Shown here piece after piece: positions 56,711-64,000 of a stretch of DNA of 64,000 nt. Both the position numbers and the translations under genes were made by a program. Under the pieces are notes generated by a model. It was not told the origin of the DNA. It did no database searches and worked only from the letters and a program-made list of their open reading frames with translations. Numbering within the stretch: position 1 is the stretch's first letter; each line of letters opens with the position of its first letter. Source of the DNA: Bacteroidales bacterium (GTDB lineage: Bacteria; Bacteroidota; Bacteroidia; Bacteroidales; JAGONC01); contig JAGLWB010000041.1 in assembly GCA_023133655.1 (NCBI GenBank), positions 5,405 through 69,404 on the forward strand, in the 5' to 3' direction.

Positions 56711-56718
56711 CAAAGGTA
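56711..56718 (-). promoter_or_regulatory. Putative -7 box (TACCTTTG on minus strand) for kdsD-lptB
   Basis: CAAAGGTA on the plus strand, 42 nt upstream of the start at 56669. Confidence 0.35.
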
Positions 56719-56791
56719 GTATAACCCTATGAGTGTTCCAAACGCTTATTAAGTAGGTTGTAAATGGTAACGAAATAAAAAACATATAATA

Positions 56792-56898
56792 TTCTGTTTA
56801 TCAGGATAATGACATATTCTAAGAGGGTTATATTTCATCCATTCCAGTTTCTTATCGCCTTGTTTAGGGTTTAAGTTAAGTACCTGATAAGAACAGAA
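56792..56898. repeat. Inverted repeat (14 bp with a 2-nt bulge) separated by 77 nt in the 374-nt kdsD/recQ spacer
   Basis: TTCTGTTTATCAGG (56792-56805) against CCTGATAA-ga-ACAGAA (56883-56898). Confidence 0.6.
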
Positions 56899-56986
56899 CT
56901 GTAATAACGAAATCAGATCAGATATATTTGATTAATATTTTTTCTACAAATTTTTATTTTTTTTAGAATATCCTTTTATTTTTTTA

Positions 56987-56994
56987 TATATTTG
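56987..56994 (+). promoter_or_regulatory. Putative -7 box (TATATTTG) for recQ
   Basis: TAnnTTTG match 50 nt upstream of the start at 57044, preceded by long T-tracts. Confidence 0.35.
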
Positions 56995-57043
56995 TATAGA
57001 AGGATTTTTAATAAACAAGGAATTAAACTAAGTTAATTGAAGC

Positions 57044-59245
57044 GTGCAAGATATTGGCAAACATGAGCTACATGAAAATTTAAAGAAGTTCTTCGGATTT
57101 GATTCGTTCAAAGGAAGCCAGAAGGAAATTATTCATAATCTGCTTAAGGGCAAGCATTCATTTGTTATCATGCCCACAGGAGGCGGTAAATCGTTATGTT
57201 ACCAGCTGCCATCATTGATCAAAGAAGGGACTTCAATCATAATCTCTCCTTTGATTGCCTTAATGAAGAATCAGGTTGATTCGATCCGGAGCTTTGGTGC
57301 AAAATCAGGCATTGCGCACTTTTTGAATTCCTCATTGTCGAAAGCAGAGATTCTTCAAGTAAAGGAAGATCTTGTTAACGGTGTTACTAAATTACTTTAT
57401 GTTGCACCTGAATCACTTACAAAGCCTGAAAACATTGCTTTCTTAAAAACCATCAATATTTCATTTTACGCCATTGATGAAGCTCATTGCATATCGGAAT
57501 GGGGACATGATTTCAGGCCGGAATACAGAAGGATACGCCCTATTATTGAAAGCATTGGTCAGAATGTTCCGGTTATTGCCCTCACTGCTACTGCGACTGT
57601 AAAGGTACAACAGGACATCCAAAAGAACCTGATGATTTTGGATGCGGCTGTTTATAAAGCTTCTTTTGACCGCCCCAATTTATACTATGAGGTTCGCCAA
57701 AAAACTCCTAATGTTGTTAAAGACATCATACGATATATCAAATCCAACTCCGGGAAATCGGGTATTATCTATTGCTTAAGCAGGAAAAAAGTAGAAGAAG
57801 TGGCAGAAACTTTGGTCGTTAATGGAATAAAAGCTCTGCCATATCATGCAGGCCTTGATGCTGTAACACGCCGAACTAATCAGGATATGTTTCTTATGGA
57901 AGATGCTGATGTGATAGTGGCTACCATCGCTTTCGGTATGGGGATTGATAAACCTGATGTCCGATTTGTTATTCATCATGATATGCCAAAAAGTATTGAA
58001 GGCTATTACCAGGAAACCGGACGAGCAGGACGCGATGATGGCGAAGGCAATTGCATAGCCTTCTACAGTTACGATGATATTTTGAAACTGGAAAAATTCA
58101 CGAAAGGTAAACCTGTTGCAGAACAGGAAATTGCCAAACAACTATTATTAGAAACTGTTGCATATGCTGAATCATCTGTGTGCAGGCATAAATTGCTTCT
58201 TCATTATTTTGGAGAAGTGTATTCTTCTCCAAATTGTGGCTCATGTGACAACTGTCTTCATCCTAAAACTAAATTTGAAGGCAAAGATTCCGTTAAACTT
58301 GCCCTTGAGGCTGTTTTAGAAGCTAAACAACTTTATAAAGCAAAGCATATTATTAATATTCTCATTGGGAAAAATACCGCTACTATTAAGTCTTTTAAAC
58401 ATAACAAACTTAACGTTTTCGGACAAGGGGGATATGAAACAGATAAATTCTGGAATGCTGTGATCAGGCATACATTAATCGAAAGGCTTCTTATTAAAGA
58501 TATAGAAAACTACGGTATTTTGAAGATAACAGAAGAAGGATTAAAATTTATTAAGAACCCTTACTCTGTTATGCTTACAAAGGATCACGACTATGAGAAT
58601 CCGGATGAAGAGGATATTTTCATATCTGATGGAGCGCATAAAACGAGTTCAACCGATCAAACACTTTTTTCATTATTAAAGGATCTCCGAAAAGACATTT
58701 CCAGAAAAGAGAAGTTACCTCCTTTCGTAATCTTTCAGGACCCCTCTTTGGAAGATATGGCCATTCAATACCCGATCACTTTGGATGAAATGAAACAGAT
58801 CACAGGTGTTGGAGCCGGAAAAGCACAAAAATATAGTACCCCATTCATCGAACTTATCAACCAATATGTTGAGGAAAATGAGATTATACGGCCAAACGAC
58901 ATGGTTGTAAAATCTGTCGTTAATAAATCAGGATTAAAAGTTTATATCATTCAAAATATTGACCGGAAAATTGCACTTGAAGATTTAGCGAACTCAAAAA
59001 ATCTTTCTTTAAGCGAACTCTTATCTGAAATAGAAAGCATCGTATTGTCCGGAACAAAAATAAATCTCAGTTATTATATAGATGAGTACGTTGATCCTTA
59101 CCATCAAGAGGAAATCTACGAATATTTCAGTGATGCCGAATCTGATTCTATTGTAGATGCTTTGGCTGAACTTGGCGAAGATGAATTCACTGAAAAAGAG
59201 ATCAGATTAATGAGAATAAATTTTCTTTCAGAGCTTGGAAATTAA
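57044..59245 (+). CDS. recQ: ATP-dependent DNA helicase RecQ
   Basis: 'MPTGGGKSLCYQ', DEAH box 'AIDEAHCISEWGHDFRPEY', 'ATIAFGMGIDKPDVRFV', a Zn-binding Cys cluster, RQC and HRDC regions. GTG start. 733 aa. Confidence 0.95.
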   Translation: MQDIGKHELHENLKKFFGFDSFKGSQKEIIHNLLKGKHSFVIMPTGGGKSLCYQLPSLIKEGTSIIISPLIALMKNQVDSIRSFGAKSGIAHFLNSSLSKAEILQVKEDLVNGVTKLLYVAPESLTKPENIAFLKTINISFYAIDEAHCISEWGHDFRPEYRRIRPIIESIGQNVPVIALTATATVKVQQDIQKNLMILDAAVYKASFDRPNLYYEVRQKTPNVVKDIIRYIKSNSGKSGIIYCLSRKKVEEVAETLVVNGIKALPYHAGLDAVTRRTNQDMFLMEDADVIVATIAFGMGIDKPDVRFVIHHDMPKSIEGYYQETGRAGRDDGEGNCIAFYSYDDILKLEKFTKGKPVAEQEIAKQLLLETVAYAESSVCRHKLLLHYFGEVYSSPNCGSCDNCLHPKTKFEGKDSVKLALEAVLEAKQLYKAKHIINILIGKNTATIKSFKHNKLNVFGQGGYETDKFWNAVIRHTLIERLLIKDIENYGILKITEEGLKFIKNPYSVMLTKDHDYENPDEEDIFISDGAHKTSSTDQTLFSLLKDLRKDISRKEKLPPFVIFQDPSLEDMAIQYPITLDEMKQITGVGAGKAQKYSTPFIELINQYVEENEIIRPNDMVVKSVVNKSGLKVYIIQNIDRKIALEDLANSKNLSLSELLSEIESIVLSGTKINLSYYIDEYVDPYHQEEIYEYFSDAESDSIVDALAELGEDEFTEKEIRLMRINFLSELGN

Positions 59246-59274
59246 AACTGTCTATAATATCAATAAAACATAAA

Positions 59275-59901
59275 ATGTCAAAATCGCCAATCACTACAGT
59301 TAGCTTAACGCTAAATATTATATTACTTATCGGTTTAGGGTACCTGTATTATCTTCACTTTTCAGTGAAAGATAATCCCCTTGAATCATCAAGGAAAACA
59401 CCTGAAGCACCAGCATTAAAAAACTTAACCAGAATTGCTTACATTAATTCCGATTCCATTTTGTCACACTACAAACTTGCCATCGAAAAATCACGTAGTC
59501 TGGAATCCAAAGGAAAACGCTTGGAGGCAGAAATCCGCACCAAGCAAGGACAATACGAAAAAGATGCCGTTTATTTCCAGCAACAAGTTCAGGCACAATC
59601 AATCTCTGAAGAAAGTGCTCAGGAAATTTATAGCCAGTTAATGCAGGAACAACAAAAAATCATTGAGATGCAGGAATTGTATTCTACTGAATTAGCCCGG
59701 GAAGAGCTTGGAATTAATCTGATGCTCATAGACAGTTTGTCTGGTTTTCTTCAGCGGTTAAATCGATCAAACTACTATGACTACGTACTTGGATACACTA
59801 AAGGCGGAAATATTTTTCTTACTAATGAGCGTTTTAATATTACCGATGTGGTTATTGAAGGATTAAATAAAGAGTATGATGAAAAGTATGACAAAAATTG
59901 A
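59275..59901 (+). CDS. Membrane-anchored OmpH/Skp-like protein
   Basis: N-terminal TM anchor rather than a cleavable signal. 'RIAYINSDSILSHY' OmpH-type start, then a Q/E/K-rich helical body. Confidence 0.6.
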   Translation: MSKSPITTVSLTLNIILLIGLGYLYYLHFSVKDNPLESSRKTPEAPALKNLTRIAYINSDSILSHYKLAIEKSRSLESKGKRLEAEIRTKQGQYEKDAVYFQQQVQAQSISEESAQEIYSQLMQEQQKIIEMQELYSTELAREELGINLMLIDSLSGFLQRLNRSNYYDYVLGYTKGGNIFLTNERFNITDVVIEGLNKEYDEKYDKN

Positions 59902-60254
59902 TGAAAAAACTACTCTTTATTAATCTTATCTGGCTACTTAGCTGCTCATCCGGAAACAACGAACAGGTTGTTACTCCTCCCGAAAATATTATCCCAAAAG
60001 ACAAACTGGTTGAAATGCTCGTTGACGTTCAACTTATTGAAGCAGCCATTAAGTCGGATGATACCAGAAAAAAGGATAGTAAATCATACTCTACTTATTA
60101 TTATAATTTTCTTTTCGAGAAATACAGCACTACAAAAGAAGATTTTATAGAAAGCCTTCATTATTACCAGCAAAATATGAATGAATTTGATCAGATGTAT
60201 ACGGAGGTTATCAAAAGGCTAAGTAAGTTTCAAAGTGAGATCGAGTTGGAATAA
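59898..60254 (+). CDS. DUF4296-type lipoprotein
   Basis: Lipobox 'LLSCSS'. 'IIPKDKLVEMLVDVQLIEAA' matches the conserved start of DUF4296 proteins (recalled). ATGA overlap with the upstream gene. Confidence 0.55.
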   Translation: MMKKLLFINLIWLLSCSSGNNEQVVTPPENIIPKDKLVEMLVDVQLIEAAIKSDDTRKKDSKSYSTYYYNFLFEKYSTTKEDFIESLHYYQQNMNEFDQMYTEVIKRLSKFQSEIELE

Positions 60255-60272
60255 ATTTCTCCTAAATAATTA

Positions 60273-60704
60273 TTACTTTTCAAAGACGGCAGTATAATCG
60301 TTTTTATCTCCACCAATAATCAACTGATATTCCCAGTTCATTGTATTTGCATTAACCTGGATTCCAAATCCGGAAACTGTTATGCTGTTGTCATCGCATA
60401 CCTGCTGCTGTGGAATTGTAATGGTGCTGCCGGCAACAACACCATAGGGCGGTTTTTCATCAAAACCAATAAACCCAAAGTTATCCAATAAAACGCGTGA
60501 ACTGTTAGAGGCATCCTTCCTAATATTTACCTGGTAAACAAATTGATATGACCTGGCTTCTGATTCGGTACATTTCCATGTTCCAAGAAACGAATCCCTG
60601 AAATCGCTGTCAGGGTAATCATTTTCATCGGTGATTTCACAGGATGCAAAACCAGTCAGTATAAACAAAGAAACAACAAATATCCTAATGCTATATTTTT
60701 GCAT
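60273..60704 (-). CDS. Lipocalin-like domain lipoprotein
   Basis: ATG at 60704 gives 'MQKYSIRIFVVSLFILTGFASC' (lipobox). 'FLGTWKCTE' is the typical lipocalin-like G-T-W start motif. Confidence 0.55.
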   Translation of the reverse strand: MQKYSIRIFVVSLFILTGFASCEITDENDYPDSDFRDSFLGTWKCTESEARSYQFVYQVNIRKDASNSSRVLLDNFGFIGFDEKPPYGVVAGSTITIPQQQVCDDNSITVSGFGIQVNANTMNWEYQLIIGGDKNDYTAVFEK

Positions 60705-60868
60705 AATATTATCTTGATTCAATATTACCATACATGCAACAACTGTACCAAATGCTTTGGGAAAGCGGCTAAATAACCTGCACTTTTGATGCTGGTCCAG
60801 ATTGGTAAATTACAAAATGATTTTAGTCTGAATTATGCACAAACAGGCTACGTTACTTGCTTTTTAAT

Positions 60869-60888
60869 CCCCGCCTTGAAAGGCGGGG
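60869..60888. repeat. GC-rich hairpin CCCCGCC-ttgaaa-GGCGGGG just downstream of deoC
   Basis: 7-bp all-G/C stem in an AT-rich spacer. No adjoining U-run on either strand. Confidence 0.7.
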
Positions 60889-60913
60889 CTATTGATAGCT
60901 TTCTACACAAAGT

Positions 60914-61753
60914 TTATGAATTAATCAGTTTTGTAATATTGTCTGTGAGACTACTTGCACCGATACGAAAATATTCTTTATCAATCCATTGATCACCGAG
61001 GGTTTTCGACACCAGCAAATAATAGTTTACTGCCTGGTCAGGAGAAGAAATCCCTCCAGCTGCTTTAATGCCAATCTTTTTACCAATCTTTTCATAATAT
61101 TCTTTTATTGTATCAAGCATGACCAACACAGCCAGTTCTGTTGCAGCCGGCTGGATTTTCCCGGTTGAAGTCTTTATGAAGTCGGCACCGGCATTAATGG
61201 CAATTTCACTCGCTTTTCGAATGTTTTCAATTGTTTGAAGTTCACCTGTCTCCAGAATAACCTTAAGGTGAACATTTTTGCATACATCCCTGATAGAAGC
61301 GATTTCGTTAAACACTTCATTATATTCACCCTGAAGAAACTTCCCCCTGGAGATAACCATATCTATTTCATCGGCTCCCTGATCAACAGCATATTGAATC
61401 TCCATTAATTTCACGGATAATGGCGACTGTCCTGAAGGAAAAGCGCCAGCTACTGATGCTGTTTTTATATCGCTGCCTTTTAATTGATCTTTAACCAGCC
61501 TTACAAAAACCGGATACACGCATACAGCAGCAACATTGGGAACACCCTTGGATTTATCTTTAAAGCCTTTCGCCTTTTCACAAAGGGCAATAACCTTTTC
61601 ATTTGTATCAGCTCCTTCCAAGGTAGTCATGTCGACCAGGCCAAGGATATGTTTAAGTAATTCTTTTCTGTTATTTTTCACACCTGCAGAAGTGATGTCT
61701 CTTATTCTACGGTTGAGGAAGGAATTGCTTATTTGATAATTTTCAAATTTCAT
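60914..61753 (-). CDS. deoC: Deoxyribose-phosphate aldolase
   Basis: Class I aldolase pattern 'VCVYP', 'EIDMVI', Schiff-base lysine in 'FIKTSTGK', 'IKAAGGI'. ATG at 61753 ('MKFENYQ') preferred over the track start 61807. Confidence 0.85.
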   Translation of the reverse strand: MKFENYQISNSFLNRRIRDITSAGVKNNRKELLKHILGLVDMTTLEGADTNEKVIALCEKAKGFKDKSKGVPNVAAVCVYPVFVRLVKDQLKGSDIKTASVAGAFPSGQSPLSVKLMEIQYAVDQGADEIDMVISRGKFLQGEYNEVFNEIASIRDVCKNVHLKVILETGELQTIENIRKASEIAINAGADFIKTSTGKIQPAATELAVLVMLDTIKEYYEKIGKKIGIKAAGGISSPDQAVNYYLLVSKTLGDQWIDKEYFRIGASSLTDNITKLINS

Positions 61754-61769
61754 GATTTGGGCATTTGAA

Positions 61770-61789
61770 GTATTAAAAAGTATTAAAAA
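61770..61789. repeat. Tandem 10-nt duplication GTATTAAAAA x2 immediately upstream of deoC
   Basis: Copies at 61770-61779 and 61780-61789, 17-36 nt from the deoC ATG. Confidence 0.8.
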
Positions 61790-61845
61790 ATTTGTTCTGA
61801 TTAACAAAGGCTTTCTGCAAGCAAGCAGAGGGCTCCCGAAAAAAG

Positions 61846-62238
61846 TTACAACTTATACCTTTTTAAATTAACGATTTGCCTTCGTTGCTTTTTGGTAGGA
61901 CGCCCCTCCCCTTTGTCGCGTTTTTCATAGTTTGCTTTTTTCGTCATTTTCAGGCGGCTATATTCTTCTTCAGGTGTTAGATCAATAACGTGCTCTGTAG
62001 CCAGTTTTGCAGACACCCTGTTTCGTATGAGGCCGGTAACCTGTATAGTTTTGGTTAATTGGCCTAATTGAATATTTATAATGTCGTCAATTTTTATTTC
62101 TCTGGAGGGTTTGACAGCCAGGTTATTAATTTTGACCTTTCCTCCTCTGCAAGCTTCGCCTGCCTGATTGCGGGTTTTAAAAACCCTTACAGCCCACAAC
62201 CATTTATCTATTCGAACACTTAGTAATTCTTGGGGCAT
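61846..62238 (-). CDS. hslR: S4-domain RNA-binding protein (Hsp15/HslR-like)
   Basis: 'VRIDKWLWAVRVFKTRNQAGEACRGGKVKINN' is an S4 domain, followed by a basic C-terminal tail. ATG at 62238 chosen because the track ORF extension to 62403 overlaps der. Confidence 0.75.
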   Translation of the reverse strand: MPQELLSVRIDKWLWAVRVFKTRNQAGEACRGGKVKINNLAVKPSREIKIDDIINIQLGQLTKTIQVTGLIRNRVSAKLATEHVIDLTPEEEYSRLKMTKKANYEKRDKGEGRPTKKQRRQIVNLKRYKL

Positions 62239-62251
62239 TTTGTATAGTTTC

Positions 62252-62275
62252 AACCCAGGACTAAAGTCGTGGGTT
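62252..62275. repeat. Hairpin AACCCA-g-GAC-taaa-GTC-g-TGGGTT between der and the S4-domain gene
   Basis: 6 + 3 bp stem with one mismatch and a tetraloop, in the 40-nt der/hslR spacer. Confidence 0.6.
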
Positions 62276-62278
62276 TGT

Positions 62279-63583
62279 TTATTTCTTTCTAAAGTAAATT
62301 TGTATCGGTACACCGGTAAAATCAAAATGCTTTCGGAGTTGGTTCTCCACAAACCGCTTATACGGGTCTCTGACATACTGAGGCAGGTTACAGAAAAACG
62401 CAAACGACGGGTAGTGGGTTTTTATCTGAGTGATGTACTTAATCTTGACATACTTACCTTTAACAGCAGGCGGATGTTGAGCCTTAACAATCGGAAGCAT
62501 TACTTCATTTAGCTTTGAAGTAGGTATCTTCCTGATTCTGTTCTGATAAACCAACATGCTTAGTTCCAACACCTTTAATATCCGTTGTTTATTGGGTATG
62601 GAAGTAAAAACAATCGGAACGTCAACAAAAGGAGCAATCTTCCTTTTGATTTCTTTCTCAAATTCAATATATGTATTGGTTTCTTTATCAACCAGATCCC
62701 ATTTGTTAACAACGATAACAATTCCTTTTCTGTTCCTCTCAACCAGATGGATTATATTTAAGTCCTGGGTTTCAATACCCTGGGTAGCATCGATCATTAA
62801 AAGACAAATATCGCAATTTTCAATCGCCCGAATTGATCTCAGCACAGAATAAAATTCGATATTCTCTGATACTTTCCCCTTTTTGCGCATACCGGCTGTA
62901 TCGACCAGAAAAAAATCGTATCCAAATTTATTATACCTTGTATAGATTGAATCTCTCGTTGTACCTGCAATAGGTGTAACCATAAATCGTTCTTCACCGA
63001 GAAAAGCGTTGATAAGGGAAGATTTCCCAACATTTGGCCTTCCTGCAACGGTGATTTTTGGCAAATCAGGTAACTCCTCAGTTTCAATTTTCTCAAACTC
63101 TTTAACAACCGCATCCAGCAACTCGCCTGTACCGCTTCCATTAATTGATGATATGCCATAAACTTCTCCAAGGCCAAGCTTATAAAACTCATGAATATGC
63201 TGAAATCGTTTAGTGTTGTCAACTTTATTAACGACAAGAAAAACTTTTTTGCTACCCTTTCGAAGGATATTTGCTACATCGTCATCCATCCCTGTTAATC
63301 CATCAACAATATCAACCATAAACAGAATAATATCGGCTTCATCAATGGCCAACTGAACCTGATCGCGGATTGCTTCCTCGAAAACATCTTCCGATCCAAC
63401 AACATAACCTCCCGTATCAATTACCGAAAACTCAATCCCATTCCAGTCCGATTTACCATAATTCCTGTCACGTGTAACGCCACTCGTTTCATCCACAATA
63501 GCGTCACGGGAACCTGTGAGTCGGTTAAAAAAAGTAGATTTCCCTACATTAGGCCGGCCGACAATTGCTAAAATATTTGACAT
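62279..63583 (-). CDS. der: Ribosome biogenesis GTPase Der (EngA)
   Basis: Two G domains ('GRPNVGKST', 'GRPNVGKSS', 'DTGG'/'DTAG', 'NKVD'/'NKWD') plus a KH-like C-terminus. 434 aa. Confidence 0.95.
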   Translation of the reverse strand: MSNILAIVGRPNVGKSTFFNRLTGSRDAIVDETSGVTRDRNYGKSDWNGIEFSVIDTGGYVVGSEDVFEEAIRDQVQLAIDEADIILFMVDIVDGLTGMDDDVANILRKGSKKVFLVVNKVDNTKRFQHIHEFYKLGLGEVYGISSINGSGTGELLDAVVKEFEKIETEELPDLPKITVAGRPNVGKSSLINAFLGEERFMVTPIAGTTRDSIYTRYNKFGYDFFLVDTAGMRKKGKVSENIEFYSVLRSIRAIENCDICLLMIDATQGIETQDLNIIHLVERNRKGIVIVVNKWDLVDKETNTYIEFEKEIKRKIAPFVDVPIVFTSIPNKQRILKVLELSMLVYQNRIRKIPTSKLNEVMLPIVKAQHPPAVKGKYVKIKYITQIKTHYPSFAFFCNLPQYVRDPYKRFVENQLRKHFDFTGVPIQIYFRKK

Positions 63584-63621
63584 GAATAATGTTCCTTAAA
63601 TTAGAGTATCATTATTAAGTA

Positions 63622-64000
63622 CTATTGGGTATAACCAAATCTTTTGAGTTGAAGATCATTATCTCTCCAATCTTTATTGACTTTAACACTTAGCTCCAGA
63701 AAGACTTTTCTACCCAAAAAATCCTCCAGGTCTATTCTGGCATCAGTACCAAGTTTTTTTATAGCTCTTCCACTATGCCCTAAAATGATCGCTTTTTGTG
63801 ATTCCCGAATGACATAAATATAGGCTGAAATAAATGTAATTTTTTCTTTCTCTTTAAACTTATCAACAGCCACCTCTACAGAATACGGAATTTCCTTTTG
63901 GAAGTTCAAGAGGATTTTCTCCCTGATTATTTCCGATGCAAAGAAACGCAATGACCGATCTGTGAGTTCATCTTTTGGAAAGAAAGGTGGAGTTTCGGGT
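63622..64000 (-). CDS. era: GTPase Era (C-terminal KH-domain part; gene continues past the window end)
   Basis: The frame stays open to position 64000 ('...PETPPFFPKDELTDRSLRFFASEIIREKIL...'), which is the Era linker plus KH domain. The track start 63951 is only an internal TTG. Confidence 0.85.
   Translation of the reverse strand, partial: PETPPFFPKDELTDRSLRFFASEIIREKILLNFQKEIPYSVEVAVDKFKEKEKITFISAYIYVIRESQKAIILGHSGRAIKKLGTDARIDLEDFLGRKVFLELSVKVNKDWRDNDLQLKRFGYTQ

Noticed and set aside
57776-58141. 121-aa ORF antisense within recQ.
   Set aside because: Shadow ORF. recQ motifs are continuous across this span.
61809-61834. 10-bp stem GGCTTTCTGC-aagcaa-GCAGAGGGCT downstream of the S4-domain gene.
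   Set aside because: Three of the pairs are G-U wobbles that exist only on the plus-strand RNA. The local genes are transcribed from the minus strand, where these become A-C mismatches and leave a 5-bp stem.
61846-62403. Full 185-aa track ORF for the S4-domain protein (N-terminal extension overlapping the der 3' end by 125 nt).
   Set aside because: The S4 domain begins right after the internal Met at 62238. The extension overlaps der and has no protein-like features. I used the shorter gene.
62839-63237. 132-aa same-strand, alternative-frame ORF inside der.
   Set aside because: The der reading frame carries both G-domain motif sets through this region. The alternative frame has no recognisable features.
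1-64000. Looked for rRNA, tRNA, tmRNA, CRISPR arrays, transposases, integrases, phage genes, toxin-antitoxin or restriction/defence genes.
   Set aside because: No intergenic region has tRNA-like GC content or cloverleaf complementarity. There are no spaced direct repeats. Every ORF over 100 aa on the coding pattern is accounted for by housekeeping, envelope or hypothetical proteins. The window looks like core chromosome.

Overview
AT-rich window (about mid-30s % GC by eye, not computed). It reads as a core chromosomal segment of a Bacteroidota bacterium. Three things support that assignment: the classic synteny pdxJ <> CBS-nadK-DUF6089-like-uppS-bamA-skp-skp, no obvious Shine-Dalgarno usage, and TAnnTTTG -7 boxes 20-65 nt upstream of most transcription units. 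I call about 60 protein genes. Nearly all are housekeeping or envelope biogenesis: SurA/PpiD-type chaperones, a MoxR ATPase, a MacA/FtsX/TolC-type efflux set, ahpC, mazG, proS, lpxK, lpxH, gap, dsbD, tilS, korAB plus a 55-aa 2x[4Fe-4S] ferredoxin absent from the ORF track, nadB, tatC, queA, pssA, lptB, kdsD/kpsF, recQ, deoC, der and era. I found no rRNA, tRNA, CRISPR array, transposase, integrase or phage gene, and no recognisable defence system. I cannot point to a clear-cut novel system. The items most worth a second look are listed here. (1) An exported lipoprotein made almost entirely of low-complexity blocks (acidic Tyr/Glu block, GWGYPSY repeats, long basic S/T/K/R tail), followed by a FadL/PorV-type barrel. 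(2) A roughly 30-codon relic of the 2-oxoglutarate dehydrogenase E1 (sucA) N-terminus, with its own -7 box, overlapping the nadB start and lying next to korAB-ferredoxin. (3) A THEP1/DUF2478-like P-loop NTPase paired with an uncharacterised roughly 10-TM protein between queA and tatC. (4) A PagL-like / DUF2807 / two GT-C-like membrane protein operon. (5) An efflux operon with no ABC ATPase directly behind an orphan MoxR. (6) A 70-nt GC-rich double-palindrome island and two other GC-rich hairpins in otherwise AT-rich spacers. Several ORF-track starts are non-ATG upstream extensions, and I moved these to internal ATGs where the N-terminus then matches the family. All functional calls rest on motifs read by eye and on recalled family knowledge. 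No searches were run.
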